From Macrostomum lignano (Eukaryota), in assembly GCA_002269645.1 (NCBI GenBank), contig NIVC01000059.1, positions 496,001 through 560,000 of the forward strand: a stretch of DNA of 64,000 bases. Reading direction: 5' to 3'. Positions 50,275 through 62,577 of the stretch are shown piece by piece. Both the position numbers and the translations under genes were made by a program. Position 1 is the first letter of the stretch. Each line of letters begins with the position of its first letter. The notes beneath the pieces are model-generated. The model was not told the origin of the DNA and ran no database searches. It saw only the letters and a list, made by a program, of their open reading frames with translations.

Positions 50275-50590
50275 TGATGCAGGTGAATGAGGCAAACGAC
50301 GCAGGGTGAATGAGGCAAACGACGCAGGTGAATGACGCAAAAGACGCAGGGTGAATGACGCAAAAGACGCAGGTGAATGACGCAAAAGACGCAGGTGAAT
50401 GACGCAAAAGACGCAGGTGAATGACGCAAAAGACGCAGGTGAATGACGCAAAAGACGCAGGTGAATGACGCAAAAGACGCAGGTGAATGACGAAAAAGAC
50501 GCAGGTGAATGACGCAAAAGACGCAGGTGAATGACGCAAACGACGCAGATGAATGACGCAAACGGCGCAGATAAATGACGCAAATGAATA
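50275..50590. repeat. 22-bp minisatellite
   Basis: Unit GACGCAGGTGAATGACGCAAAA. Confidence 0.93.
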
Positions 50591-51206
50591 ACGCTGGGGG
50601 TTTGTGGTAGACCGGAGCGGGCCGTCGCAGCAAAAAAAACAGGCTCACAGGGGGTCCAAATAAATATGCGGGCGCCCGGGGTGCAAGGCAGAAAGTATAT
50701 TTGATAAACACACGGCTTAGAGCAGCTGTTCAAAACATAATTGCAAAACTTAGCCCTGGCCAATCGCAGGCCTGCCAACGGAGAAAAAAACAGAAACAGA
50801 AAGTAACAAAACAGAAGAGACCAAAGCCTTGCTTATAGCCAAACCCACCACCGAACGCAATGTACTAAGTCAGAACAGTCCCCTGAAGTCAGTTAGTTTT
50901 GTGAACATAAAGCGAAAGAGGGTTACATAAAGAAAGAAATAATAACCAAATTGGACTCAACCAAATGATATATAAATTGTTTAAGCAGATGGGTCGATCT
51001 ATAATGAAAGAGAGGGAGGACCATATCATATTGCTTTTTTGTGTAGAAAAAAAATTACAATCGTAAAGAATATTCTAAACCAAGCATATCATTAAAGTGT
51101 TTCAATTCTATAGAAAGTTTTCCTTTTTAATGAGATAATAATATTTTTCCATTCAAGCCGCAATCGGTCATATAAATCTCAAGCCACGACCTGCAAATCG
51201 ATCGGC

Positions 51207-52779
51207 TTAGCCGACCAGGCGAACAAAATCGTTCAATTCGGCATCGAAGCTGTCGCTAAGGCTGAGCGGCAGTTGCGGCGACTTGAAGAGTCGGCAGACG
51301 CCGCCTGCACGGCTGCGCATGGCGTAGAGGCAGGTCGGGTGCTCGCTGCACCACTGGCTGCACACCAGCAATGACCGGCTGTCGGGGAACTCCGCCAGTT
51401 GCGGCGGAGCAATCTTTGAGAAGTTTGGTTGAGTTCCCAGGAATCGGTGAGCGGCAGACTTCACGACTGGTTTTTTGAATGGGCGCGGGTTGTTAAAGTA
51501 TAATTGTGTCAGGACATTTATTGCTGAGCTAAGGATTGTATAGTTACAGCATATACCTTATAAGGCCTATAAATTCATTGAACAGCCCAAGCCAAGCCAG
51601 CAACGCACCAACAAAGACGTCGATCTCGCAGAAGTGAAAGTACACAGACGACGCAGGCGTTCGCAGCACGGTCAAGTACCGACCAGCCACCAGCCTCGAG
51701 CAGGTGAAGTTAAGCGGGTTTGTCGTTGCATCCGGCACGCCAGTGTAGTAGTAGCACTGCTCGATCAGAGAACTGTTGAAGTTGCTCCACATTGACTCAA
51801 AAGTGCTCACCCCTAGAAAGAGGATTATACTCGTAGAAGTTCCAATAGTTTGACCTTCCAAACGTGATTTTTTATTTGTGGCCTAATTTCTTCTTGTCTC
51901 CTTCCAAAGAATCACCTTGCATAGAGCGACTTAACGAAGCAAAAAGCACCAAACCTCCGTTGGTCATTATTTGCCTCCCCAAATAACATCTTTAGCATCT
52001 CAATTGCTAAAGAATTTGGAGATGGTTTGACTAAAACAGCTGAAGTATTGTGAAACTTGCCTCGGAGATCAGTAAAGGTGTGTAGCAAATTTTGATCTCA
52101 ATTTAAGATGCTGATTAAAGCCAAGAGATTTTTTTCGAGTGTCTTAATAGACCATTACACGTGTACTAAATTAGTACATTTGAAATATGCTCCATTTTCA
52201 ACAGATCGAGTTGAAAATAACAAATGTCAAAAATCAATTGGTAGCCTAAAAACTATCACATCCCATGTTTCCATGCTTATGCATAAGTATGGCTGCTCTC
52301 ATACCGATAAGGACGTTGGTGAACTTTTCGCTGCAGCACTCGATCCGGTTCCAGATCCTCACGCCGCTGATGATGCGCACGGTGCCCATGTCCAGCATCC
52401 ACCAGGGCTCTCTGTCAGTAGTTGCGGCGTGAATGCATCTTGTAGCTCTTTCGTAACTGCCCAATGTGTCACCGTTGTTTCCCACGACAGATTTGTCAAC
52501 GGTGGCCCACTTGGAGGACTGCTTTGCCTGCAGGTTCTTGGGTAGCTGCTCCACGTGCAGGTCTGCGACGGAATTCAGGATTGGTAGACAGGTATACCAT
52601 ACTCAGTGACAGTCAGTTTATAGGTTTTTAGTTCAAGCAGCTGACTGAGAGGTAGAAAATTTGTTTAAACATGACTTATACCAGGCCTGTTCTAGAATTT
52701 CAACGTTCTTCATCTTACCTGCCAAGGTGACACCCAAGCCAATGATGAAAAAAGACACAATGGAAGTGCAGATTGACAT
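51207..52779 (-). CDS. Secreted F-type lectin (FTP/F5-8C domain) with C-terminal PAN/apple-like domain, about 260-279 aa
   Basis: Exons 52779-52719 (signal peptide MSICTSIVSFFIIGLGVTLA), 52562-52305, 51812-51609, and 51466 (or 51523)-51207; all introns phase 1. Motifs AKQSS, CIH..EPWWMLDMG..VRIWNR.ECC, GRYLTV, FCEIDVF. The last exon has C..WC....C....G.C.L spacing. Confidence 0.85.
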
Positions 52780-53097
52780 GCTTAGCAGCAGTGGGGAATT
52801 CCGAGCCTGGGTTCTACGGAAGATTAATTTTCAAGTTTGCCGGCCAATTTCTAGCAATCAAAACTATCAGAGATGGTTTCCAGCAACTATGGCTGAAGAG
52901 TAACCGCGTTGATGCTAATTGGTCACCCGCTGCTACTTCTCTCTCCCCAACTCAGAACCAGATGCGGTGCAGCAATTTGCGATGGATTTTTTATTAGAAT
53001 TTTCCATCTCACGGAATCGCTCAACATTTTTGGTGACCCTATTTGTTGCCCCGTGAAGCAATCAGTCAACAGAGGCTTCCATCTGTCTGACAGAGCA

Positions 53098-56000
53098 GAC
53101 GATCTGTCACCTGACTAAAAAGCATCACACCTCATGATTGAGCTGACTATCTGTCACCTGACTAAAAAGCATCACACCTCATGATTGAGCTGACGATTTG
53201 TCACCTGACTAAAAAGCATCACACCTCATGATTGAGCTGACTATCTGTCACCTGACTAAAAAGCATCACACCTCATGATTGAGCTGACGATCTGTCACCT
53301 GACTAAAAAGCATCACACCGTGTGATTGAGCTGACGATTTGTCACCTGACTGAAAAGCATCACATCTCATGATTGAGCTGACTATCTGTCACCTGACTAA
53401 AAAGCATCACACCTCATGATTGAGCTGACGATCTGTCACCTGACTAAAAAGCATCACACCGTGTGATTGAGCTGACGATTTGTCACCTGACTAAAAAGCA
53501 TCACATCTCATGATTGAGCTGACGATCTGTCACCTGACTAAAAAGCATCACACCGTGTGATTGAGCTGACGATTTGTCACCTGACTAAAAAGCATCACAT
53601 CTCATGATTGAGCTGACGATCTGTCACCTGACTAAAAAGCATCACACCTCACGATTGAGCTGACGATTTGTCACCTGACTAAAAAGCATCACATCTCATG
53701 ATTGAGCTGACGATCTGTCACCTGACTAAAAAGCATCACACCTCATGATTGAGCTGACGATTTGTCACCTGACTAAAAAGCATCACACCTCATGATTGAG
53801 CTGACGATCTGTCACCTGACTAAAAAGCATCACACCTCACGATTGAGCTGACGATCTGTCACCTGACTAAAAAGCATCACACCTCATGATTGAGCTGACG
53901 ATCTGTCACCTGACTAAAAAGCACCACACCTCATGATTGAGCTGACGATCTGTCACCTGACTAAAAAGCATCGCACCTCATGATTGAGCTGACGATCTGT
54001 CACCTGACTAAAAAGCATCACACCTCATGATTGAGCTGACTATCTGTCACCTGACTAAAAAGCATCACACCTCATGATTGAGCTGACGATCTGTCACCTG
54101 ACTAAAAAGCATCACACCTCACGATTGAGCTGACGATCTGTCACCTGACTAAAAAGCATCACACCTCATGATTGAGCTGACGATCTGTCACCTGACTAAA
54201 AAGCATCACACCTCATGATTGAGCTGACGATCTGTCACCTGACTAAAAAGCATCACACCTCACGATTGAGCTGACGATCTGTCACCTGACTAAAAAGCAT
54301 CGCACCTCATGATTGAGCTGACGATCTGTCACCTGACTAAAAAGCATCACACCTCATGATTGAGCTGACGATCTGTCACCTGACTAAAAAGCATCACACC
54401 TCATGATTGAGCTGACGATCTGTCACCTGACTAAAAAGCATCACACCTCACGATTGAGCTGACGATTTGTCACCTGACTAAAAAGCATCACACCTCATGA
54501 TTGAGCTGACGATCTGTCACCTGACTAAAAAGCATCACACCTCACGATTGAGCTGACGATTTGTCACCTGACTAAAAAGCATCGCACCTCATGATTGAGC
54601 TGACGATCTGTCACCTGACTAAAAAGCATCACACCGTGTGATTGAGCTGACGATCTGTCACCTGACTAAAAAGCATCACACCTCATGATTGAGCTGACTA
54701 TCTGTCACCTGACTAAAAAGCATCACACCTCATGATTGAGCTGACGATCTGTCACCTGACTAAAAAGCATCACACCTCATGATTGAGCTGACGATCTGTC
54801 ACCTGACTAAAAAGCATCGCACCTCATGATTGAGCTGACGATCTGTCACCTGACTAAAAAGCATCACACCTCATGATTGAGCTGACGATCTGTCACCTGA
54901 CTAAAAAGCATCACACCTCATGATTGAGCTGACGATCTGTCACCTGACTAAAAAGCATCACACCTTACGATTGAGCTGACGATCTGTCACCTGACTAAAA
55001 AGCATCACACCTCATGATTGAGCTGACGATCTGTCACCTGACTAAAAAGCATCACACCTCATGATTGAGCTGACGATCTGTCACCTGACTAAAAAGCATC
55101 GCACCTCATGATTGAGCTGACTATCTGTCACTTGACTAAAAAGCATCACACCTCACGATTGAGCTGACGATCTGTCACCTGACTAAAAAGCATCGCACCT
55201 CATGATTGAGCTGACGATCTGTCACCTGACTAAAAAGCATCACACCTCATGATTGAGCTGACGATCTGTCACCTGACTAAAAAGCATCACACCTCATGAT
55301 TGAGCTGACGATCTGTCACCTGACTAAAAAGCATCACACCTCACGATTGAGCTGACGATCTGTCACCTGACTAAAAAGCATCGCACCTCATGATTGAGCT
55401 GACGATCTGTCACCTGACTAAAAAGCATCACACCTCATGATTGAGCTGACGATCTGTCACCTGACTAAAAAGCATCACACCTCATGATTGAGCTGACGAT
55501 CTGTCACCTGACTAAAAAGCATCACACCTCACGATTGAGCTGACGATTTGTCACCTGACTAAAAAGCATCACACCTCATGATTGAGCTGACGATCTGTCA
55601 CCTGACTAAAAAGCATCACACCTCACGATTGAGCTGACGATTTGTCACCTGACTAAAAAGCATCGCACCTCATGATTGAGCTGACGATCTGTCACCTGAC
55701 TAAAAAGCATCACACCGTGTGATTGAGCTGACGATCTGTCACCTGACTAAAAAGCATCACACCTCATGATTGAGCTGACTATCTGTCACCTGACTAAAAA
55801 GCATCACACCGTGTGATTGAGCTGACGATTTGTCACCTGACTAAAAAGCATCACACCTCATGATTGAGCTGACGATTTGTCACCTGACTAAAAAGCATCA
55901 CACCTCATGATTGAGCTGACTATCTGTCACCTGACTAAAAAGCATCACACCGTGTGATTGAGCTGACGATTTGTCACCTGACTAAAAAGCATCACACCTC

Positions 56001-57590
56001 ATGATTGAGCTGACGATTTGTCACCTGACTAAAAAGCATCACACCTCATGATTGAGCTGACTATCTGTCACCTGACTAAAAAGCATCACACCTCATGATT
56101 GAGCTGACGATCTGTCACCTGACTAAAAAGCATCACACCTCATGATTGAGCTGACGATCTGTCACCTGACTAAAAAGCATCGCACCTCATGATTGAGCTG
56201 ACGATCTGTCACCTGACTAAAAAGCATCACACCTCATGATTGAGCTGACGATCTGTCACCTGACTAAAAAGCATCACACCTCATGATTGAGCTGACGATC
56301 TGTCACCTGACTAAAAAGCATCACACCTTACGATTGAGCTGACGATCTGTCACCTGACTAAAAAGCATCACACCTCATGATTGAGCTGACGATCTGTCAC
56401 CTGACTAAAAAGCATCACACCTCATGATTGAGCTGACGATCTGTCACCTGACTAAAAAGCATCGCACCTCATGATTGAGCTGACTATCTGTCACTTGACT
56501 AAAAAGCATCACACCTCATGATTGAGCTGACGATCTGTCACCTGAATAAAAAGCACCACACCTCATGATTGAGCTGACGATCTGTCACCTGACTAAAAAG
56601 CATCACACCTCATGATTGAGCTGACGATCTGTCACCTGACTAAAAAGCATCACACCTCACGATTGAGCTGACGATCTGTCACCTGACTAAAAAGCATCAC
56701 ACCTCATGATTGAGCTGACGATCTGTCACCTGACTAAAAAGCATCACACCTCATGATTGAGCTGACTATCTGTCACCTGACTAAAAAGCATCACACCTCA
56801 CGATTGAGCTGACGATCTGTCACCTGACTAAAAAGCATCGCACCTCATGATTGAGCTGACGATCTGTCACCTGACTAAAAAGCATCACACCTCATGATTG
56901 AGCTGACGATCTGTCACCTGACTAAAAAGCATCACACCTCATGATTGAGCTGACGATCTGTCACCTGACTAAAAAGCATCACACCGTGTGATTGAGCTGA
57001 CGATCTGTCACCTGACTAAAAAGCATCACACCTCACGATTGAGCTGACGATCTGTCACCTGACTAAAAAGCATCACACCTCATGATTGAGCTGACGATCT
57101 GTCACCTGACTAAAAAGCATCACACCGTGTGATTGAGCTGACGATCTGTCACCTGACTAAAAAGCATCACACCTCACGATTGAGCTGACGATCTGTCACC
57201 TGACTAAAAAGCATCACACCTCATGATTGAGCTGACGATCTGTCACCTGACTAAAAAGCATCACACCTCATGATTGAGCTGACGATCTGTCACCTGACTA
57301 AAAAGCATCACACCTCACGATTGAGCTGACGATCTGTCACCTGACTAAAAAGCATCACACCTCATGATTGAGCTGACGATCTGTCACCTGACTAAAAAGC
57401 ATCACACCGTGTGATTGAGCTGACGATCTGTCACCTGACTAAAAAGCATCACACCTCACGATTGAGCTGACGATCTGTCACCTGACTAAAAAGCATCGCA
57501 CCTCATGATTGAGCTGACGATCTGTCACCTGACTAAAAAGCATCGCACCTCATGATTGAGCTGACGATCTGTCACCTGACTAGAAAGCAC
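53098..57590. repeat. 47-bp satellite, about 95 copies (4.5 kb)
   Basis: Unit GACGATCTGTCACCTGACTAAAAAGCATCACACCTCATGATTGAGCT; period verified as 47; no unique spacers. Confidence 0.99.
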
Positions 57591-58706
57591 CACTAAGGCT
57601 GGAAGTTTATCAATCCCGCTTCAGTAGCCATCAAAGCGAGCAATAAAAAATGAGTGTGCCGACCAAATTGATTTGGACAATTTAAGTTTGGTCTGTGACC
57701 TGAGCCTTGCTATACAGTAGGGCTCACCCCACCAGTGAAGCAATTAGAGAAAAAAGCATTTATGCATATATGGCTTTTGGGTCGCGCAATGCCCAGAGGG
57801 GACCATGTTATCATTTGCCTAGCGTCAATAATTTTACCCTAATCAATAAAACTATATTTTCCTGGGAATTGCAGGAAGCTCAGAAGCAAGAGTTAAAATT
57901 CCTTCTAAAACACGTGAATGCCAATTAAAGGAATGTTGGGAACAAGTTAAAGGCAGGCTAGGAAGATAATTTAAGAGAGAGAGAGACCAATGATGCGGCA
58001 CTTAAGTGTTAAGTCAACATTACGCACCCATAGCTGCAGATGAGTACACTGACGAGTGTTTCCTCTATAGCCTATGGTCTGAAAAACCTGATGTCTATGG
58101 TTTAGAAGTACAATAATATGTTGCGGACAGTTTAAAGACAGTTTAATCAAATTGGTAAAAGAGCGATTAAGATTTTCAAAAACTAAGCTGTCACCCTCTA
58201 CTGAACTATTCTGCTCTGTCTTGGTGTGATTTCATTGCTATCAAGTTAGAGAGTCATCACTGCTGTCTGAGAATGGACTTTCCAGCGAAAGTCTCTGATA
58301 AGCTTGACAATTTTGTGTATTTCGACAGAATACATTTGCTACATGCAGTTTTGACATTAGTATCATTTTATTTCATGTAAATAAAAGTACGCTCGTACAT
58401 GTATCATAAAAGAAACGATTGCCGATAAATAATACGCATTCCACGAGCAAGTTAATGGCTACAGTGAAACAAGCGCTTGCTAATGTACTCTATTGTATAC
58501 CAGTGGTATGCGAATCGATATCTAATATAACAGCAGTGGGAATAGCGTTGCCTTAATTAAAGCAGAATACTCAGAATCAGGTTGTCTTGGTGCTGTTGAC
58601 CTACATGCACTCATTTGGAAACAAACACTCGTGGTAGAAAGTCCTCGAGAAAGTCCCAGTGACGGTGCTCAACCGGATTCTGAGCATTCATCCTCTGCAG
58701 ATCTGC

Positions 58707-61700
58707 TCAGAGGTTGCTCAAGCTGAGCAGGCAGCCCGCGAGCAGACCGGCAGCCGTCAGGAGGCCCGACAGAGGCGGACCCGACATCCGACCGACCGAG
58801 TTGCACAGGTCCGTATCGCAACAGAACGAGTAGGAAGACTTGACGCAAAACATCACCGGACCACGAACAGTCTTACCAGCAGCGACTATTTTCTGTTGAT
58901 TGGTTGAAGCATAACTTGCCAAAATGTACCAGCGTCGTGTAAAACACTTTATAAAGCACGAATTCAAATGCTCGTAAGTTAAAGGGGGTTGTAGCTTAAA
59001 ATGGTTAGAGCGTCGGACTCCCGACTGAAAGGTCGAGGGTTCGTTTCCCGATCCACTCTGAAAAATTCGGATAAACTCGGAAGACACTTAATTCTGCATT
59101 GCTTCAGTTCACCCAGCTGTAAAATGGGTGCCAGCATTAACTGGGGTAATTTAGGGTGTATGTTGCGATCCCCCAGTCCTTGGACTGAACAGCCGTACGC
59201 AGCCTCCAGATGCGCCGCGCAATAGCTGTGGCTGAGCTATCGGTTGAAAATCTGCCCATTAGGACATGCTTAATCAATGTAACAGTAAAGAACGGATACA
59301 AGTGCACCAATGTTTTGACCGAGGGCGCTGCGCACGAGTAGCCGTTCTTCACCGATATTGTATGATTTTGAAGGCGTTTGGACCATAGATATTTGAAGCG
59401 TGCAACCATCAGTTTGGGACAGCGTGCACCAATGATACATGGCTGCACGCTCGAAATACGCTCGTATCTATGGTCCAAAAATGAAAGTGTAGACATGAAG
59501 TTGTAGGTCAAATAGCAAAGGTTCATAGCTAGCTATACATAGTAGCCTGCTAAAGCTCAACGCGCGACTGCGACCGAAGGCAAATAAATGGCTTTCATTT
59601 TGGATTCAACAACCGGCAGTCGTATCGGACTATTGCACATTTCGCAAGGTGACTTTGTTGGAGCTTCAAGTTCCCAGTTGGGCGAACGGGTTGAGCGAGA
59701 GTCCGCAATGCAATGCATACTTGGCGATCTCATTCAATTGGACGCCGATTAAGTTGAAGCGCTATTGAATGGTGGCGATTCGGAGCAATCCCATTTAAAC
59801 GAGATGGATGAAATTCAACTGGACAACACACCGAGGTCTATTCTAATTCAGGAAAACTGGGCTGTACGCAAGTTCAATGAAGTGCTCATTAGTAATAAGT
59901 ACGCGTGCAACTTGGAGACGGCTGACATAGTGCAGTGAGTAACTGGTCTGCGAGTGTTCTATGCGTTCATGCGTAAAATTGACGGAGGGTTATACGCCCC
60001 TGCGTCTCTAGTTACTGTTCGTGCTGGATTATTTCGATATCTACTCCGGACACGCGGGCTGAACATTTTTGAAGACCCATAACGCTTCGCTAAAGCCAAT
60101 TTGCAACTGAAAGCCACTGCAGCCAAGTTCGTCAAGACAGAAGTGACCCGACGAAACTGCAACAAGAGTCGTATACTACGTGATGGCTACGCAATTTGGA
60201 CTGTGTGGACGCGAGTGGTTCCGAAAGTTGAAGACGAAACCGTTTATAAGATCCACTGTAGATGGAAAGCGCGCTTTTAAGTTGACTCCAATGGAGACGA
60301 AGAATGTCCGGGGAAGTTTGGAGACGCAGACTGCAGAAGACAGAAAGCAGAACATGATTTTCGAAACTGGTGAGCGTGGGTGTCCGTATGAATGCGTCGA
60401 TCTCTATCTGAGGAAGGTTGAAGAAGCGAAGAGAAAGGAAGGTGTAAAAAGCTCTGTTGTGTTTCTACGTCCCTGGGTGCGTGAGCTACAACAGTCGTGG
60501 TACTCCAAAATGATACAATAATTTTTATTATTTATTATTTTCAAATAAGTCCTCTATAGATAAGGAAAAACTTATGCGAGATCGGAAACAGCTAGAGTCG
60601 GAGGGGGAGACATGAGTAGAATACAAAGCAAAGAAGGAGAGCCTACTGCAAAGATTAGCGCTTCAAACACTCACCTGGCAGTAGGTACCTGAAGCTCTGA
60701 GTGTGTTGCTGCCAACAGTTTCGCAGTCAGCGCAGACGTAACAAAGCACCGCAAGGCAGTCAGTGAGAGAAGCTAAAAGTTTCGTAACACAATCGGAATA
60801 ATGGTAGAGTTGCTCGCTTAATTAATAGCAAATAAATAAAGCTTAAGATCAACATTTATGGCGAAAACCAACGCGTTTCAACCCACTAGGGCCGTCGTCA
60901 GGGTATATTTTATCACTGAACGAAACACTCAATATAAATAAGCAAACGATTGTACTATCTCAAGTGTCAAATTGAAAACGGGAGGGTAACCAATGTACGA
61001 AAACATATTGTTTTCAAAACAATTGTTTGTTTTCAAATAGCAAAGGTTCATAGCTAGCTATAGTAGCCGGCTAAAGCTCAACGCGCGACTGCGACCGAAG
61101 GCAAATAAATGGCTTTCATTTTGGATTCAACAACCGGCAGTCGTATCGGACTGTTGCACATTTCGCAAGGTGACTTTGTTGGAGCTTCAAGTTCCCAGTT
61201 GGGCGAACGAGTTGAGCGAGAGTCCGCAATGCAATGCATGCTTGACGATCTCATTCAATAATTGGACGCCGATGAAGTTGAAGCGCTATTAAATAGTGGC
61301 AGTAGCGCAACCAGAAATTTTTTGAGGGGGGGGGGGCGGATTCTGGAGGGTAAAGTCCCGGGAGGGGGGGGCGGAGGGGTGGCTCTGTTTTTGGCGAAAA
61401 TTCGCTTGGTCCCCCCTTTAATTTGGAGTACCTTTCATATTGTTTTCGTACATTGGTTACCCTCCCGTTTTCAATTTGACACTTGAGATAGTACAATCGT
61501 TTGCTTATTTATATTGAGTGTTTCGTTCAGTGATAAAATATACCCTGACGACGGCCCTAGTGGGTTGAAACGCGTTGGTTTTCGCCATAAATGTTGATCT
61601 TAAGCTTTATCAATCGGAATAAATTTCGGATTTTACCAGGTATGCCGAGAAATATGAAATAAAAAAATTATTTAACTAACACACCTGCCAATGTAAGAAT

Positions 61701-61727
61701 AATTAGCAGAGTTCGAATGCGAGACAT
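58707..61727 (-). CDS. Ly6/uPAR (three-finger, CD59-like) GPI-anchored protein, 108 aa
   Basis: Exons 61727-61685, 60772-60675, 58892-58707 (phases 1 and 0). Protein MSRIRTLLIILTLAASLTDCLAVLCYVCADC..TYCQKIV..RGPVMFC..FCCDTDLCN, followed by a hydrophobic GPI-signal tail. Confidence 0.88.
58984..59263 (+). mobile_element. tRNA-derived CORE-like SINE, second copy
   Basis: Collinear with 41931-42216: tRNA head GGGGGTTGTAGCTTAAAATGGTTAGAGCGTCGG..GGTTCG, CORE-like centre, shared 3' tail CCGTACGCAGCC..GCGCCGCGCAATAGC. Confidence 0.8.
59509..60521 (+). pseudogene. Decayed Crypton-like tyrosine-recombinase (DUF3504-type) transposon in Ly6 intron 2
   Basis: One frame from ATG about 59588 with internal stops: NWAVRKF..FY..MRKIDG.LYAPASL..RAGLFRYL..NIFED..F.KAN..LKA. 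After a deletion: QFGLCGRE..TKN..MIFE....CPY...LYL.K...F.RP...WY. The C-terminal H-x-x-R and Tyr are absent. Confidence 0.8.
60867..60904 (-). ncRNA. Minimal type I hammerhead ribozyme, sense to the Ly6 pre-mRNA
   Basis: Exact reverse-complement copy of 61542-61579; predicted cleavage between 60870 and 60869. Confidence 0.75.
61034..61300 (+). repeat. About 265-bp direct duplicate of the Crypton 5' end (59509-59776)
   Basis: 8 substitutions and 2 small indels by manual alignment. Confidence 0.95.
61542..61579 (+). ncRNA. Minimal type I hammerhead ribozyme
   Basis: ACC-CUGACGA-C-GGCCC(UAGU)GGGUU-GAA-ACGCGU-U-GGU. Core CUGANGA/GAAA, one-nt insertion after A9, 5-bp stem II, palindromic 6-nt stem III typical of dimeric Penelope HHRs, GUU cleavage triplet, stem I ACC/GGU. 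Confidence 0.75.
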
Positions 61728-62577
61728 GATAGCGATTGAGGTGCAATTTGCAGCTGGTCTGCATGTATGGATTTCTGAGACAGAATTTGAACTGACGCTG
61801 CCGACAAATATCCACTACAAATACGAGTATTTGTTTATGCCAAGATTTACTATCAATGCAAACTGACCGCACAGGCAGAAATCGTAAAGCAATATTAACG
61901 GTATAGTCGCTATTTCAGCCAGCACAGCTTTATACCGACGCACAATTGTTAATTGTAAATTGGAAAAATAAAACTCGGGTGGGCTTACAGCAAGATGGCT
62001 CTGTTTTAGTCCAGAAGATCTGTACTGGTGGAGTTTTCCTAGTCTAATTTACATTGCGGCCAGCAGTTCAAGCTCGGCAAGGATGGGGATCGAGGGGCAG
62101 CCGGGGGGGAAGGAAGTTTGGCAGACTCTACCGAGTACAATTGTACGAATTGGGATAGATGGAGCACGAGTACTTGAGAAAGAGACGATTGGGAAAGGAG
62201 GGCAGACAAGGCCACAGCCTATACTGTATGTGGCATGCAGTTCATCCGTGTACAAGCGTAGCCTAAAATGAATCTACATCCATTAAGTGCACACGCTCTG
62301 CTGCTTTGCCTCTAAAAGCAGATCAGGCATGGTACGAGTAACAGTACTGAAAAATAATATCTGATTCTGGTAGCTTGCACGGCATTTCCTGTCTTTTAGA
62401 ATCGCACAGCACTGCACATACCGAATAGAACAGCAATTTAGAAAAAAAATTACTATATTACGCTCGCATAAACTATCAAGAAATGCCCCGCTTCTAGAAG
62501 CAAAATAGGAACGAATTCGTCTCCTTCGAGCCTATTCTTCTATTCGAAGAATTGTCAGGTCGCCTCTGCTTTTCAAC
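61728..62577. promoter_or_regulatory. Putative bidirectional promoter region between divergent Ly6 genes
   Basis: 850 bp between two divergent ATGs. Positional inference only; no motif proven. Confidence 0.35.

Larger units (their letters stand above)
60802..61610 (-). mobile_element. Penelope-like non-autonomous insertion with inverted pLTR arms and captured spacer
   Basis: Perfect 170-bp inverted repeat 60836-61005 / 61441-61610. 12-bp direct repeat CAATCGGAATAA at 60790-60801 and 61611-61622. Hammerhead motif in each arm. No PLE ORF. Confidence 0.8.

Noticed and set aside
53098-57590. CRISPR-like array, or hammerhead-bearing satellite (each unit has CTGACGA)
   Set aside because: No unique spacers and no cas genes. 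The unit has TAAAAA rather than the required GAAA, and no stems I/III, so it is not a hammerhead.
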